Assembly: GCF_004010195.1 (NCBI RefSeq)
Contig: NC_057719.1
Location: forward strand, 84,694,833-84,735,512
Length of the DNA stretch: 40,680 bases
Direction of reading: 5' to 3'
Origin: Chiloscyllium plagiosum
Lineage: Eukaryota
Positions 1-12,619 of this stretch are shown here, one piece after another. The notes under the pieces are model-generated. The model saw only the letters and a list, made by a program, of their open reading frames with translations, made no database searches and had not been told where the DNA came from. Position 1 is the first letter of the stretch. The number at the start of each line of letters is the position of its first letter. The position numbers and the translations under genes were made by a program.

Positions 1-1900
1 CCCCCTCATCTCATTAAATAGGTGCCCTTTATTCTGAGACTACATCCTCTACTTCTAGATTCTCCCATGAGGGGAAACATTGTCTCAGCATTGACCATGA
101 TAACCCCCTTAAGAATTCTATATGTTTCAATGAGATCACTTGTCTTTCTTTTAAACTCCAGTGTTTAGTCTTTACTCATAAGGCAGTCCCTCCATACCAG
201 GGATCATCGGAGTGAACCTTCTCGGAACTGTCTACAATGGAATGATACCTTTCATTAAATAACAAGACCAAAACTGTTCACTATTGCAGATGTGGCCTCA
301 TCCGCACCTTGTATGGTTGAAGTAAGACTCCCCTACTAATACTCCAACTCTTTATAAGGACCAACATTCCATTAGCCTTCCTGACTGCTTGTACACCTGT
401 GTGATGTTTTGTGTACAAGTACCTCTAGTCCCATTATGTTGCAACTTGCTGCAGTTTTTCTCCATTTAAATAATATTCTATTCTTTGGTTCTCCCTTCCA
501 AACTAAACAACTTTAAATTTTTTCTGCATTATACTCAATTTGCCAACTTCTTGCCTATTTACTTAACCTATCATTCTCTCTCTGTAATTGATTTGTATTC
601 CTCTTAGAAACTGCCTTTCCATCTATTTTTGGCTACAGTAATTCATTTCTTTCTTCCAAGTATCGTGTATTGTGGTCCCAGCAATGATTCCTGAGGACCC
701 CACTGCCAACCTGACAAAGAATACCTTTTGTCCACTCAGTGTTTCCTACCAATGTCAGTACACCACCGCCAACATTAGCTGTTATGACTTAATCTTTTGT
801 GCTGTACTTTGTTGAACACCTTGTGGAAGTCCAAATACAATGTTGTTACAATGCTATACAAATATCAGTTCTGCTCTATCCATCTGGTTGAGATGTCCTC
901 AAAAAGCTCCAATAAATTAGTCAAACATAATTTCCCTTTTCATGAAGTCATTTTTGACTCAACATGATTAGATTATGATTTTCCAAATGTTTTGCTATTA
1001 CTTTTTTAATAATTGATTCCAATACTTTTCCAACAATAGATTTTGGTCTCATTAGCCGACAGTTACCTTTCTTTGCCTTTCCTTTTTGATTAGAGCTGTC
1101 ACACTGGTAGTTTTCCAATCCTGTGGGACTTCTCCAAAAACCAAGGATTTTTGGAAAATTACAATCAATGCATCCACTATCTCTAGGTACCACTTTTAGG
1201 ATCCTAGAATGCAAGCCATCAGGGTCAGTGGACTGATCTGCCTTTAGCCCCATTAGTTTGTCTAATACTACTTCTGTAGTATTAATTTCTCCTTTAATAT
1301 TCCTTTGTATTAATGGAATGTTCAAAGTATCTTCCACTGAGAAGACTGATACATTTCCTTGTTTCTTAAAACTGTCCCCCCAGATTCATTTTCTAAGGGG
1401 CCTATGTTTACTTTAATCTCTCTCTCGTTCCTATATTTAAAGGTGCTTTTATTGTCAGTTCCTTTATTCTTTGCTAGTTTGCCATCATATAATCTTTTTA
1501 GTCTTCCTTTGCTGGCCTCTGAATTTATCCCAGTCTTTGGGAGCTGTCACTGACTTTGGCCTCCTTTCTATATGGTTTATCTTTGAATATTCTCATAACT
1601 TCCTTGTTTAGCCATAGTTGATTTATCACACTAGAATCTTTCCTCTTTACTGGATATATTTTTGCTGATAGACATGAATTACCTTCATAAATGTCTGCCA
1701 TTGTTTGCTTACTGTCATTCCTGCCCAGTCACCTTTTAGCTAATTCCATTCTCAATTCATTGTAAATCTCTTTAAACACAGTTGTTTCCAAAATAAGTTT
1801 CTCACTCTCAAACTGAATATTAAATTCACTATGTTATAATCACTACTTCCTAGCAGGTCTTCTACTCTGTCATTTATTAAACCTGTCTTATTACCAGATC
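1..1900 (-). mobile_element. Degraded CR1 LINE ORF2 fragment
   Basis: Minus ORF 948-1337 has CR1 RT-like motifs (DPDGLHSRILK, SIVGKVLESIIK, HLENHNLI); many stops and frameshifts. Confidence 0.85.
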
Positions 1901-3947
1901 CGAGATCAGAAGCTGATTTTCATGAAATGTGATCTGTGTCTAACTGTATTCCAGCTACGCTTTCCTGTGGCTGGGGAACTGACTAATCTTAAGCTGAACT
2001 TCTTGCTGCCTTGCTATAGAAAGGGAAAGTAACTTGCAAAAAATTTCAGTCAAGGTATGGTAATTCAGTGCCTGTGTTCTGCAGTTCAAAGGTTAAAAGG
2101 AATAACTAACTTTAGATTTATATTATTGTCACTACTTAAATGTTGCTTTTGTTAAGCAAAGGGTAATATTTTTTGCATTTAAATGTCAGTTTAAAAGATG
2201 CTGGGGTGTCTTGCTCAGTAATTCTTACCTCAAGTCTGAAATCTTTCTTCCAATCTGGTATAATTTAGATTATTATATTTTGATTATTTTACTCCGTTTC
2301 TGTTCTTCCAACCTTCATTAGCTCCTTTGTGATAAAGAAGAAGTTGTATTATATTGTCAGATGTGGTATAATGGCCAACTGAACATTTTTTAGTTTCTTC
2401 CTCTTCTTCCCCTCTCTTCCTTCCCTGTCAAAGCTATCTATACTACCTTGATTTCAGCCTTTCACTGAGATAAGATTATTGTCAGTTAAAAGCCTTTTGT
2501 GTTCATGATGGACAGTGATTGAAAAATATGATAATGTTAACTTTGAAAAAAGAACAAATGAACATATGAAGAAACACTGTTCTCTGTAACTAGTTGGTTA
2601 TTTTGCAAATTTGGCATTTGTACATCCTTTAAAAAATATGATTACTTCTGTAAAGCCACTTAGTGCAAAAGCAACCCTTGATCCACCAGTTCTTTTCTCT
2701 AGGCATCAAACTTTGTTATCAAGCAACCAACCTGGTTACTATTTTGTTTCATTCCTTTAAAATTCTGAATTCCTGTTGAATTTGTATCTACTGCAGCCTG
2801 CATAATCAAATAATATATCTGTTGCAATTTTTGAAAGATGTTATTGGTGGCATTGACACCATTAACGGCCCCTATATAAAAATATTTCTTGGTTGTAAAT
2901 AAGTATAAAGTTAATTCTTCGAAAAGCACTGGATAAATAAAGAATGATGGTAATGAAAATAAGCATTATATGAATGACAGCAACATAAATATCTCTAATT
3001 CTGAAATATCACCGAGTTTAGACAATACAGACTCTACTTAATCTCCTCCCCCTTTCAATAAATGTACACTTCTGTTTTCTGCCAAAATATTATCTTGTTA
3101 GTAATGCACACAATACAGTAATAGTCACTAATATGAACTGGAAACCATTTTATAAAAAACTGTTAAAAACATAAATGGAATCCTTCTAAAATGAATGGCT
3201 ATGCTTTTTTGCCAATTTCTGCTCAGTTGGAGTTTTCAGTCACACTTAACTGGGTTATATATCATACTTTGAACAAAGCAACAGTATCGCTCAGCTTCTT
3301 TGATTTAAAAATAATCACTGTCTGAAGAATGTATGTACTTGGCAATCTCATTGCCTCCAAGGATTCTTGTGTGATTTCAGTGAAGTCTCAAAAATGGGGA
3401 GCAAATGAAACTTTCTGATGTTGCAAAATAAACATTTTCAACTTCCTACTCTTTTTTTTTTTTAGGAACATTCACATTCTGAGCTACCAAACAATTACTA
3501 GAATAAAGCATTGGAAAACCAATGACACTACAAAACCATACTCTGCAAAAATAAAGGTCAATAGTGGAGAAAAAACAAGAAAACAGAAAGCAAAACATTG
3601 ATATGAGGCACAGGGGCCTATATATGTGGTTTCTGCCTACGCTACAGATCCATAGTTGTGACCAATCACCATCTGTTTCTATGGAGGTTAATTTAGATGG
3701 GTTGAGAGGGTGGAAGGAAAAAGGTGGAACTTTGGTACAGAATTGAATTTTGTGATTATTCTTAATACAGTGCTTAAATAAGCATAAGGGGCTAATTCAC
3801 ATAGGCAGGTGGAAAATAAAACACATAAAGGTTGAAAGAGAAAACGCAAATAATTGAATAATTAATTTTCCCGTTCAGCATTTTATCATATTTTGACTAT
3901 TTCAAATGTTTCAACTGATGTAAATATACCATTTCATCTCCCTGAGT

Positions 3948-4256
3948 AGATTAGATTAGATTCCCTACAGTGTGGAAACAGGCCCTTTGGCTCAACAAGT
4001 CCACACCAACCCTCCGAAGAGTAACCCACCTAGACCCATTTCCCTCTGGCTAATGCACCTAACACTACGAGCAATTTAGCATGGCCAATTCACCTGGCTT
4101 GCACATCTTTAGACTGTGTGAGGAAACCAGAGCACCCGGAAGAAACCATCACAGACACAGGGAGAATGTGCAAACTCCACACAGATAGTCGCCTGAGGCT
4201 GGAATTGACCCTGGTGCTGTGAGGCAGCAGTGCTAACCGCTGAGCCACCGTGCCGC
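3948..4256 (-). mobile_element. HE1-type tRNA-derived SINE, full length
   Basis: On the minus strand: A-box head GCGGCACGGTGGCTCAGCGGTTAGC, core TGTGTGGAGTTTGCACATTCTCCC, LINE-like tail ending (AATCT)n. Confidence 0.9.
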
Positions 4257-4440
4257 AGAAGACTTTTATTTCAACTTGATCTGAAACACTGTGCACAGTG
4301 TCTTGTACAGCTGAGGATCTATCCTCTTATTGTTCCTATTCAATGTTGATATCAATACCAAAGAAGCCTTAGTGATTTGCTGCAGTGCACCCTACAGATG
4401 GTGCGCTTAATTGCCATTGTTAATCAGGATGGAGAAAGTG

Positions 4441-4595
4441 TACATTTCTGGGGATAGAATGGCCACCAATATCCTCTACAAACCCACTGACTCCCATTAT
4501 TACCTTGACCATACACAACGTCACCCTATTTCCTGTAAAGATTCTATTCCATTCTCTCAGTTTCTCCATCTTCATCACAGCTGTCCTCATGATAC
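4441..4595 (+). mobile_element. Penelope-like element RT fragment
   Basis: Translates as TNILYKPTDSHYYLD...HPISCKDSIPFSQFL, typical of the PLE RT C-terminal region. Confidence 0.75.
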
Positions 4596-4599
4596 CAAA

Positions 4600-4790
4600 T
4601 GAAGTAGTTGACTATACTTCAGTAAATGATTTTAAAGCTAAAATAGATTTTTTTTTGAACAATGAAGGAATTAAGGGTTATGGTGAGAGGGCGTGCAAGT
4701 GGAGCTGCGCTCAGTCACAATCTTATTGAATGGCGGAGCAGGCTTGAAGAGCCAGATAGCCTACTCCTGCTCCTAGTTCTTATGTTCTAC
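4600..4790 (+). mobile_element. CR1 LINE 3' end
   Basis: TTGAATGGCGGAGCAGGC...CCTACTCCTGCTCCTAGTTCTTATGTTCT 3'UTR and tail. Confidence 0.8.
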
Positions 4791-4868
4791 CCAAAATGGT
4801 GTTGGAATGACTAACTTGTGGTGTTCATTGTTTATTCTCATCATTTTATTGTAATTTTCTCTTTGCAG

Positions 4869-4957
4869 GCTGTTAGAGTGGACATTATGCCTCTGCCAGG
4901 ATGAACAGGCTGTTTATACATTTCTATACGACTCCCTGGAGCTCACTTTGAAGTTTG
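4869..4957 (+). CDS. KNL1: KNL1 (CASC5) internal coding exon, start of the C-terminal RWD region (LLEWTLCLCQDEQAVYTFLYDSLELTLKF)
   Basis: Acceptor ttttctctttgcag, donor gtgagc; 89 nt, phase 2 to 1. Peptide resembles human KNL1 EWDVVEWSDDQAVFTFVYDTIQLTITF as recalled. Upstream exons lie outside the window. Confidence 0.92.
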
Positions 4958-5189
4958 GTGAGCCTGTGTGTAAGAATGCTAATTAATTGCCTTGAAATAT
5001 AAATACATTTTTTGAACCAATAACAGTAATTATTGAGTTCCAATTTGATTTAATGTGTCAGATACATTGCTGTGGAGTTAATTTCAGCACTTCCATTTCG
5101 TACTATGATATTGTAGGCTATACTTCATTGTATAACTGCACGATCCAAGTTCAGAGAGCTGAGTTCATAATGTGACTGAAAATGCCTAG

Positions 5190-5450
5190 GGGGAAGTAGT
5201 GATATAGAGCTAATGTCATTTGGACTAACAATCCAGAAGCCCAGAGACAGTGGTCCAAATTCCATTATGGAAGTTTAGATTTATTAATAGAATTTAACAT
5301 TAATTCCAATGAAATCATTGCTAACTGTTGTGAAAGCCCATCTGCTCATTAATGAAATTTTAGGCAAGGAAATCTATTCTGGTCTTGCATGTGACTCCAG
5401 ACCCTCATACACCCTCTGGAGTGGCCTAGCTGAGCGATTGGTTATACGAA
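5190..5450 (+). mobile_element. Old SINE-like repeat
   Basis: Degenerate tRNA-like head plus GGAAATCT...GTGACTCCAG block, related to 19215-19500. Confidence 0.45.
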
Positions 5451-5545
5451 ATTGCTTTAAAAAACTAAAATGGAATTAAACCAGATGCATCACCTGGACA
5501 TGGACAAAATGATGATACATTGATCCTAGCATTTCTGCTGTTGCA

Positions 5546-5680
5546 AGGAGATGGGGAGGTTGTGAGGAGATGGTTTATGAGGAGATGGGGAAGTTGCAAA
5601 AGATCTTCAGGATGGAGATGGGAAGGCTGTCAGGGAGATGAGGTGGAGTTAAGGCAGCAGTATTGGAGGTTGTGAGGATG
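5546..5680 (+). repeat. Degenerate G-rich minisatellite (GGAGATGGGGAGGTTGTGA-like units)
   Basis: At least five GGAGATG-anchored units visible. Confidence 0.55.
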
Positions 5681-6079
5681 ACAATTGTGTACTATTGGAC
5701 CTGATTCTTGGAAATGAGCAGGACAAGTAGGTCAGTGTCAATGGGTGAACATTTAGGAGATAGTGATCATTGTATTGTAAAGTTCAGATCAATGGTGGAG
5801 AATAATGAGCATCAATTCAGAGTAATAAAAATCAGTTGAAGAGTGCTGACTCCAATGGTACAAGAACAGAACTGACCAGGATTGACAAGAACATTGTTGA
5901 AATAAGCAGTAACTAAACAATGGACTACCTTCAAAGAGGACATGGTTCAGATACAGTCTACATATATTCCCTCAAATAGGAAAGATAAAATAAACCAATC
6001 CAGAACTCTGTAGATGACAAACACAGATAGAAACTAAGGTGGAGAAGAAGTGTGCTTGTGATAAGTGTCAATGGTAGCC

Positions 6080-6211
6080 ATGATGTGAAGGTGCTGCTGT
6101 TGGACTTGGGTGTACAAAGTTAAAAATCACAGGAGTGGAGCTCCAAAAGCTTGCAGTTTCAAATAAACCTGTCGGGTTATAATCTGGTCTTGTGTGATTT
6201 TTGACTTTGTG
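6080..6211 (-). mobile_element. Internally deleted copy of the palindromic Penelope-derived mini-element
   Basis: acaaagttaaaaatcac ... gtgatttttgactttgt inverted ends, with the tail on the left; homologous to 11312-11526 and 37054-37262. Confidence 0.7.
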
Positions 6212-6266
6212 ACACATGTAACATAGAGGATAAAATCGACATCCAAGATGAATGCAGAAGGTTTTA

Positions 6267-6494
6267 TGTAGTGATTGTAACGAGGTCAGCCAGCTAGAAC
6301 TCCAAATGAGTTGCTTGACTGGGGCTGTTAATCTGGTCCAATCAGAGAGCCCTGGCTGACAGAAAGTTGAGTGTCGGGGATACTGCCATTCTGGTGCCTG
6401 ACTCTGTTTGAGGCAGTACAATCGTCAAGAACTGGTACTGTATAAATAAAGTGTGATTTGGTGACAGGATACTGGCCTCTGTAGGGTTATTTCA
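6267..6494 (+). mobile_element. Solo LTR-like element
   Basis: TG...CA termini with internal CCAAT and AATAAA; interrupts a CR1. No clear TSD. Confidence 0.55.
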
Positions 6495-8924
6495 GTTCAG
6501 AGGAGTTTAAATAAGAGGACCAAAAAAGGAATTGAGGAAAAACTGGCAACCAGCATATATAGGTGGTTCAAGGACTTTGATAGGTATATAAATAGTAGAA
6601 GAGTGGTGAAAGGTAAAAAGAGTGGTGAAAGGAAGAGTAAGGTCCATTGGGGACCAAAAAGGGGTTTACACTTTGAGGCAGGGGCATTGCTAAAGTGCAA
6701 ATGAATACTTTGCATCCTTCTTCGCCAAGGAGGGAGATGCTACCGACGCAATGACGAAAGAGGATGAAACTCTTGCTCAAAGATTCAAACTTCTAAGTCT
6801 TGGATAGACTTAGAAGTTTATGCTTAAAGTTGACAAGACAAGATTATCCAAGAATTGTAAAGAAAGTGAGAGTGGAGATTGCAGGTTCACTAGCCATAAT
6901 ATTTCAGCCTTCCTATTGTCAATAATGTTGCCAGAAGACACCAAAATTGCAAATCTATAAAGCCTCCTTCAAGAAAGATTGTAAAGATTACAGTGGTAGA
7001 CCAGTCATTCTTCAGTGGTGGAGAAACGCCTAGATGCAATTTTGGGACAGAATTAGTGTTCGCATGGAAAAAGGTGGGTTACGAGTCAGCCTGGATTTAT
7101 AAATGGGAAGGTGTGTTTAAATAAATTGCAGCAGCTTTTGAAGGGGTATCAGAATAGCTCAGTCATGATAATGATATTAATGTGATGTATGTGAATTTCC
7201 ACAAGGTGAGGAAGGTTTTAGATTATTGAATAACATGGTCAGTAGCAATTAAATTTGGCTCACTAACCGGAAACAAAGTAATAGTTAATTAAATTCTTAT
7301 AATGCTAAAGGAAGGTTTGTAGTGAAGTTCCGAAGAGGTTGATTAATGATCTTGATGTTGTTGTGCTGGGAACAGTTGCAAAGTTTGCAGAAGACATGAA
7401 ACTTGGAAGAACTGTAAACATGTGGGTTGGACAATGTAGAACTTCTAATAGATATAGACAAGTTGGTAGAGTGGGCAGATAGTTGGCAGAAAAAGTGAGA
7501 GATGATGCATTTTAGTAGAAGGAACATTAAACCATACTATAAAAGAGGAAGTATAATCTGAAAGGGGGTGCAGGAGCAGAGGGACTAAGTGTACGGATCA
7601 TTTGAAGGTGGAGGACAGATAGAGAAGTTAGTAAAGCAACTTTTAATTCAGCTACTTATTAAGAAATCTCTTACACAATTGAACACTGAAACAATTTAAA
7701 CTTAATTGCACATAGAAACCAAAATAAGACCCTTAAGAAAGGAGGTTAAGCTTCACAATCCAACTTGGCTGTTTCCCGGTTTAGTGGTGGAATTCTAAAT
7801 TCCACTCAACAGCACATATCTCTCAAATCAAGCGTTCTATCCTGATGCACTGGTCGTCTCCAGAGTACTGCTACTGAAGAATCCTGGAGTTGAACTCCTC
7901 TAGTTTTTCCTGTCCTTCAACTTATGGTTTGACATTATTGATGATCCTTTAGATTCTTTCATCCACAATATTACAAATCTGTAGCTGCCTTCTTATCGTA
8001 AGAGCTTCCCTGTTCCTTATCACTTTTGGCATTGACTGTCAATTTGAAGACAACCATTTTCTCAGTGAGTAGTTAGAATACAATCCTGGAAGTATAATGG
8101 AGAAGATTCATGAGGCATTCAAAAGGGCATTGGATAATTATTTGAATAAAAACAGTTTATAAAGGGTATGGGAGAGAAGCAAGAGATTGGTACTTTGTAA
8201 TGATGCCCATTTGTGGAGCCAGCATAAAACTTTTGTAATTCTGAGACAAGGAGACTGCATTAGGACGTTTGGGGAGAATGGGTAGGTAACATTGCTGTGG
8301 GGATCGGCTTCAAGACAAGTGTAAGGACAGTATTCAACCTGTTTATCAAAGGGTTGGTCAGCTCACCATGAACCAGGAAATCTTAAAATAACAGATAATT
8401 AATTATTTGCAAATGGATGTGTTTTCAGGCTGCATATGTCCAGAAGCTACTATAAAGGGATCATATTTCAGTAAAAATGATGACAATTGTTAAATTTAAA
8501 TTGGAGATGCATTAAAAGGATAGTAACTGTCAAATTGAAATATCCCAGCTTTGTGAATATGATGGAAATGCATTAAATGTGACCTCAACCATGACCTCTT
8601 TTTTTTTGAGCTGGATTTAGTGTGATGGTTTCTTTTATTTAGAATCACCTACTTCAGGGGTAGGAAGTGGGGAACTTTGCTAACTTATGCCAGTCGTTTT
8701 ATATTAATATGAATATAGTGTTGTCTAGGGAATCAGTGATTATCTTGTTGTTATAGCTTTATATTTGACAGTTGATAAATTATCAAAAATGTTGATAAAT
8801 ATACTTAATTATGCTACAAATACACCATATGTAAATAGAAAAGAGGCTAAGAGGATGTTTTATCTCATAAAGGAACCTAGCCCTAAGGGGCGACAATTTC
8901 AAAGTAAGTAGTCTCTCACTTAAA

Positions 8925-10424
8925 GAAGAAAGAACAGTACAGCACAGGAACAAGCCCTTCAGCCCACCAAACCTGCAGTAAAATGTTTTTGCCTCAAAGC
9001 AGTCCGTATCTCTATATTCCCTGAAAATTTATGTATCTGTCAAGATGCCTTATTAAATGTTGCTGTTGTCTTTGTTTCTACCACCTTCTCTGGTAGCACG
9101 TTCCAGGCACTGTCCTAGTAATTGACAGTTCTATCCTGGAAAAAAGACTCTGCATATCCATTTTATCAATACCTTTCATAATTTTGTAAATGTGTATCAA
9201 TTCACCCCTCAGCCTTTGATGTTCAAGTGAAAACAAACCAAGTTTGTCCAATCTTTCTTCATTGATAATATCCTTCAAACCAGGCAACATCTTTGTAAAT
9301 CTTTTCTGCACCCTCTGCAGAGACTCCACATCCGTCCAGTAGTGTGGCTACTAGGACTGTACACAATGTTCTAAATGTGGCCTAACTAAAGTTCTGTATA
9401 GCTGCAATATGACTTGCTCATCTTTACACCTGCTGAATGAAAGTAAGCGTGCCCTACACTGCCTTGAACCACCTTATTCACTTGCGTTACTACTTATGTG
9501 AATTGCACCTGTATCATACATCCTTCTGTATTTTAATGCTTCTGAGGGTTTTTTCGTTCTTCTAAGGGTACCATTTACTGTATACTTCCCTCCTGCATTA
9601 AACTTTCTAAAATGCATCATCTCACATTTATCTAGATTAAATTCCATCTGCCATTTCTCTGCCCAAGTCTCCCAACATATTTATATCCTGCTGTACCCTC
9701 TGGCAATCCTCCTCACTGTGTGTAGCTCCCCAGTCTTTGTCATCCGCAAACTTACTAATCAGACCATGTACATTTTCCGCCAAATCATTTTTTTATACAT
9801 ATATAACAAACAACTGGGGTCCCAGCACTGATTCCTATGGAACACCAATGGTCACCAATCTCCATTCAAGAAAAATAGCCTTGTGCCACTACTCACTGAT
9901 TTTTTACCTTAACAGCTTGCTACAGATCCCATGTGAATTCACCTTCTGTATCAGCAGCTATGAGGGACCTAGTCAAAGTACTTACTAAAATCTAGGTAGA
10001 CATCGATTACCCTGCCCTCAAAATTGAGTTTTTTGAGGAAGTGACAAACAATCAGGTTTGTGAGACATGACTTCCCCTGTACAAATCCATGCTGCTTGTC
10101 ACTAATAAATCCATATTTTTCCAAATGTGAGTAAATCCTGTCTATACGAATTTTCTGCGTGATTTACCAGCCTGTAATTTTCCAGATTATCTCTGTTGCC
10201 TTTCTTTAAGGAACTACATTAGCTACTGTTCAGTCCTCGGGAGCTCTCCTGTGGCTAAACAGAATACAATGATTTTGTCCAAGGCCCCAGCAATTTCCTC
10301 TCTTGCCTCCCTCCGTATTCTGGAATAGATTCTATCAGGTCCTGGGGATTCGTTTACTTTAATCCTTTTCGAAACATCTAACACCGCCTCCTTTCTTATA
10401 AGACATGCTCTAGAATATCAACAT
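8925..10424 (-). mobile_element. 5'-truncated CR1 LINE inserted in an older CR1 3' end
   Basis: Minus ORF MESLQRVQKRFTKMLPGL...RLRGEL; flanked by TCACTTAAA at 8916-8924 and 10425-10433. Confidence 0.88.
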
Positions 10425-10433
10425 TCACTTAAA

Positions 10434-10680
10434 ACTGAATAGAGTTGGAGTTCTTTCACTCAGAGGGTTGTTTACTCTACGGAGTTCTCCCCATAAAGAA
10501 CTATGGAGACTGGATCATTCCATATATTGAGGCTAAGCTAGGAAAGATTTCAATTTAGAGGGAGAACAGGGTTTTGAGGAGTTGAGATGTAAAGTGGAGT
10601 TCAGGCCACAGTCCATGCATGATCAAATTGAATGGCGATAGCTCAATGAGCTGAGTGGCTTTCTCCTACTGTTATTTATT
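10434..10680 (+). mobile_element. Old CR1 3' end, continuing 8860-8924
   Basis: ttcactcagagggttg motif and CR1 3'UTR remnants. Confidence 0.65.
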
Positions 10681-10793
10681 TCAGTAATGGTTTCGGTGGG
10701 TTATTTAATAAGAATTAACTATTGGTTAAGTAACTACTGCTTTCAGGCCTGTTGACACTCAGCTAATTTATTGATGTTTCTTTTTATACATAG

Positions 10794-10862
10794 TGGTTGA
10801 TCTTTCTTCTGGTGCAAAGTGTAAGAGAATCCTAGATATTAATCTTGTATCTGCTTTGGATG
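10794..10862 (+). CDS. KNL1: KNL1 coding exon (VVDLSSGAKCKRILDINLVSALD)
   Basis: Acceptor tttttatacatag, donor gtaagt; 69 nt, phase 1 to 1, in frame with both neighbours. Resembles KNL1 RKIVDVNFQSLLD. Confidence 0.9.
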
Positions 10863-11149
10863 GTAAGTTAAAGTGTTCTAAGGGTGTTCTAAATGAATTT
10901 CCCACTAATATTTTGCTTTAAATATTTCTCATAAATTGACCAATCTAAGAATAAATTTAAATTGGTTCCCATGCCTCCAATTAAAGGAATAACCAGTTTA
11001 ATTGTCATAAACAATTAGTTTGTCATAAATAATTGGTCTGACCAGCCTAGATTGCCTTCAGACAAAGGACTGATGGTTACTTAAAGCACAGGAAGGTGAT
11101 TGGCTAGAATGTAATGTGATTTGGCAATTGGAATTCTGTCATTAGTCTT

Positions 11150-12030
11150 GAAGTACCGTCACTGAATCTCCCATTGACCAGAAATGAAATGGGACTAGCC
11201 ATATAAATAATATGGCTTCAAGAGCATGTCAGAAACTAGGAATCCTATAGCAAATATCTTTCCTGAGTGCCCAGAATCTGCCCTTCATCTATAAGGCATA
11301 TGTTAGGAGTGGACAAAGTTACAAATCACACCACACCAGTTTATAGTCCAATACGTTTATTTGGAAGCACTAGCTTTTGAAAAGCTGCTTCTTCATCAGG
11401 TGGTTGATGAAGAAGCAGCACTTCGAAAGCTAATGCTTCCAGATAAACTTGTTGGACTATAACTTGGTGTTGTGTGATTTTTAACTTTGTCCACCTCAGT
11501 CCAAAACCAGCTCCTCTAAATCTAAATTAGGAGTGTGATGGAATATTCCTCACTTGCATGGCTGACTGCAGCTGCAACAGCAAATAAAATGTGTCACCAT
11601 TCAGGATAAAGGAACTGTGTGATTGGCACCACATCTGCACGGATTCATTCTTCTACCACGAAGGCTCAATAGCAGCAGTGTGCCATCTACAAGATGCACT
11701 GCAGAAATTCACCATGACTCCTTAGACAGCGCCTTCTAAACACATGACCATTACCATCAAGAAGGACAAGCGCAGTAAATACATGGGATCGTCACCACCT
11801 GCAAAATCCCCTCCATGCCACTCACCATCCAGACTTAGATTTCTAACCCAACTCCTGCAGGATCACTCATATTCTGGACCTCCATCCCAAATGGCATTAT
11901 GGGTCTACCTACACACCATTATGGATTACAGTGGTTCAAGAAAGCATTTTCCCGCCACCACCTCACTGGTAACTCTGAATGGATAATAAATGCTAGCCCA
12001 GTCAGTGTACCTGTATCCTCAGTGAATTTT
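11150..12030 (+). mobile_element. L2/Crack-like LINE 3' fragment
   Basis: aaggcata..ggagtgtgatggaatat (YKA.VRSVMEY-like) RT C-terminus; reverse-complement relative at 28880-29790. Clade call tentative. Confidence 0.6.
11312..11526 (+). mobile_element. Palindromic Penelope-derived mini-element with two degenerate hammerhead motifs
   Basis: ~90-bp inverted arms centred near 11402, a ~32-35 nt tail, and TSD TTAGGAGTG at 11303-11311 and 11527-11535. Confidence 0.8.
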
Positions 12031-12619
12031 TCTAAAAAAAAAGTTCTACTTAAATTGGATCTTTTGGTTTTAAAACATTACTGAAGTGATTTATATGAGA
12101 TGTATTTTTGACGCATAGACAGATTTTTGCAAATAAGAAAGGCGGTTGAGGGATGACATGATAATAGTCTCAAGGATGATAAAGGGATTGTTAGAGTCAA
12201 TATGGAAAGTGTATCCACTTGTGGGGAAAGACAAAAACTAGGAGCCATTAATACATAGTAATCACTAACTCAGAAGAAACTGTCTACCAGAGTGACATAA
12301 GGTGAAACTCATTATGACAAGATGTAGTTGAAAAGATTAGCACAATGAAGTTGAGATGAGAAAAACACGTGACAGAAACAAATAGTAGCTTATACTGATG
12401 AGGATAGACCAGGAGGAACATAAACATCATGTCAACTTGTTGCTGGTTCAGGACTGTATATTTGATGGAATTAAAACTTGAGAACAGATAAATATTGAGT
12501 TCAAAGAGCAATCTGCCATCCATGGATTTGTCCTGGAGTTGGTAATCTACCAAATCTAATATAAATTCATGGAGTAGCACCTGTTCTAAAAATCCTTTAA
12601 ATTATTTCCAAAATTAACT

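Larger units (their letters stand above)
5690..7640 (+). mobile_element. Degraded CR1 LINE ORF2 with nested insertions
   Basis: LDLILGNE...GEHLGDSDH endonuclease-end motif near 5695-5770; RT remnants further on (aagtttgcagaagacatgaaact). Confidence 0.8.

Noticed and set aside
1955..2054. 100-nt AG/GT-bounded candidate exon
   Set aside because: Stops in all three frames, weak pyrimidine tract, no KNL1 similarity.
2699..2929. Minus-strand 76-aa ORF with a possible acceptor and donor (nested gene?)
   Set aside because: No recognisable homology and no convincing in-frame partner exon. A plus-strand VIGGIDT resemblance to Harbinger transposase is too short and stop-flanked.
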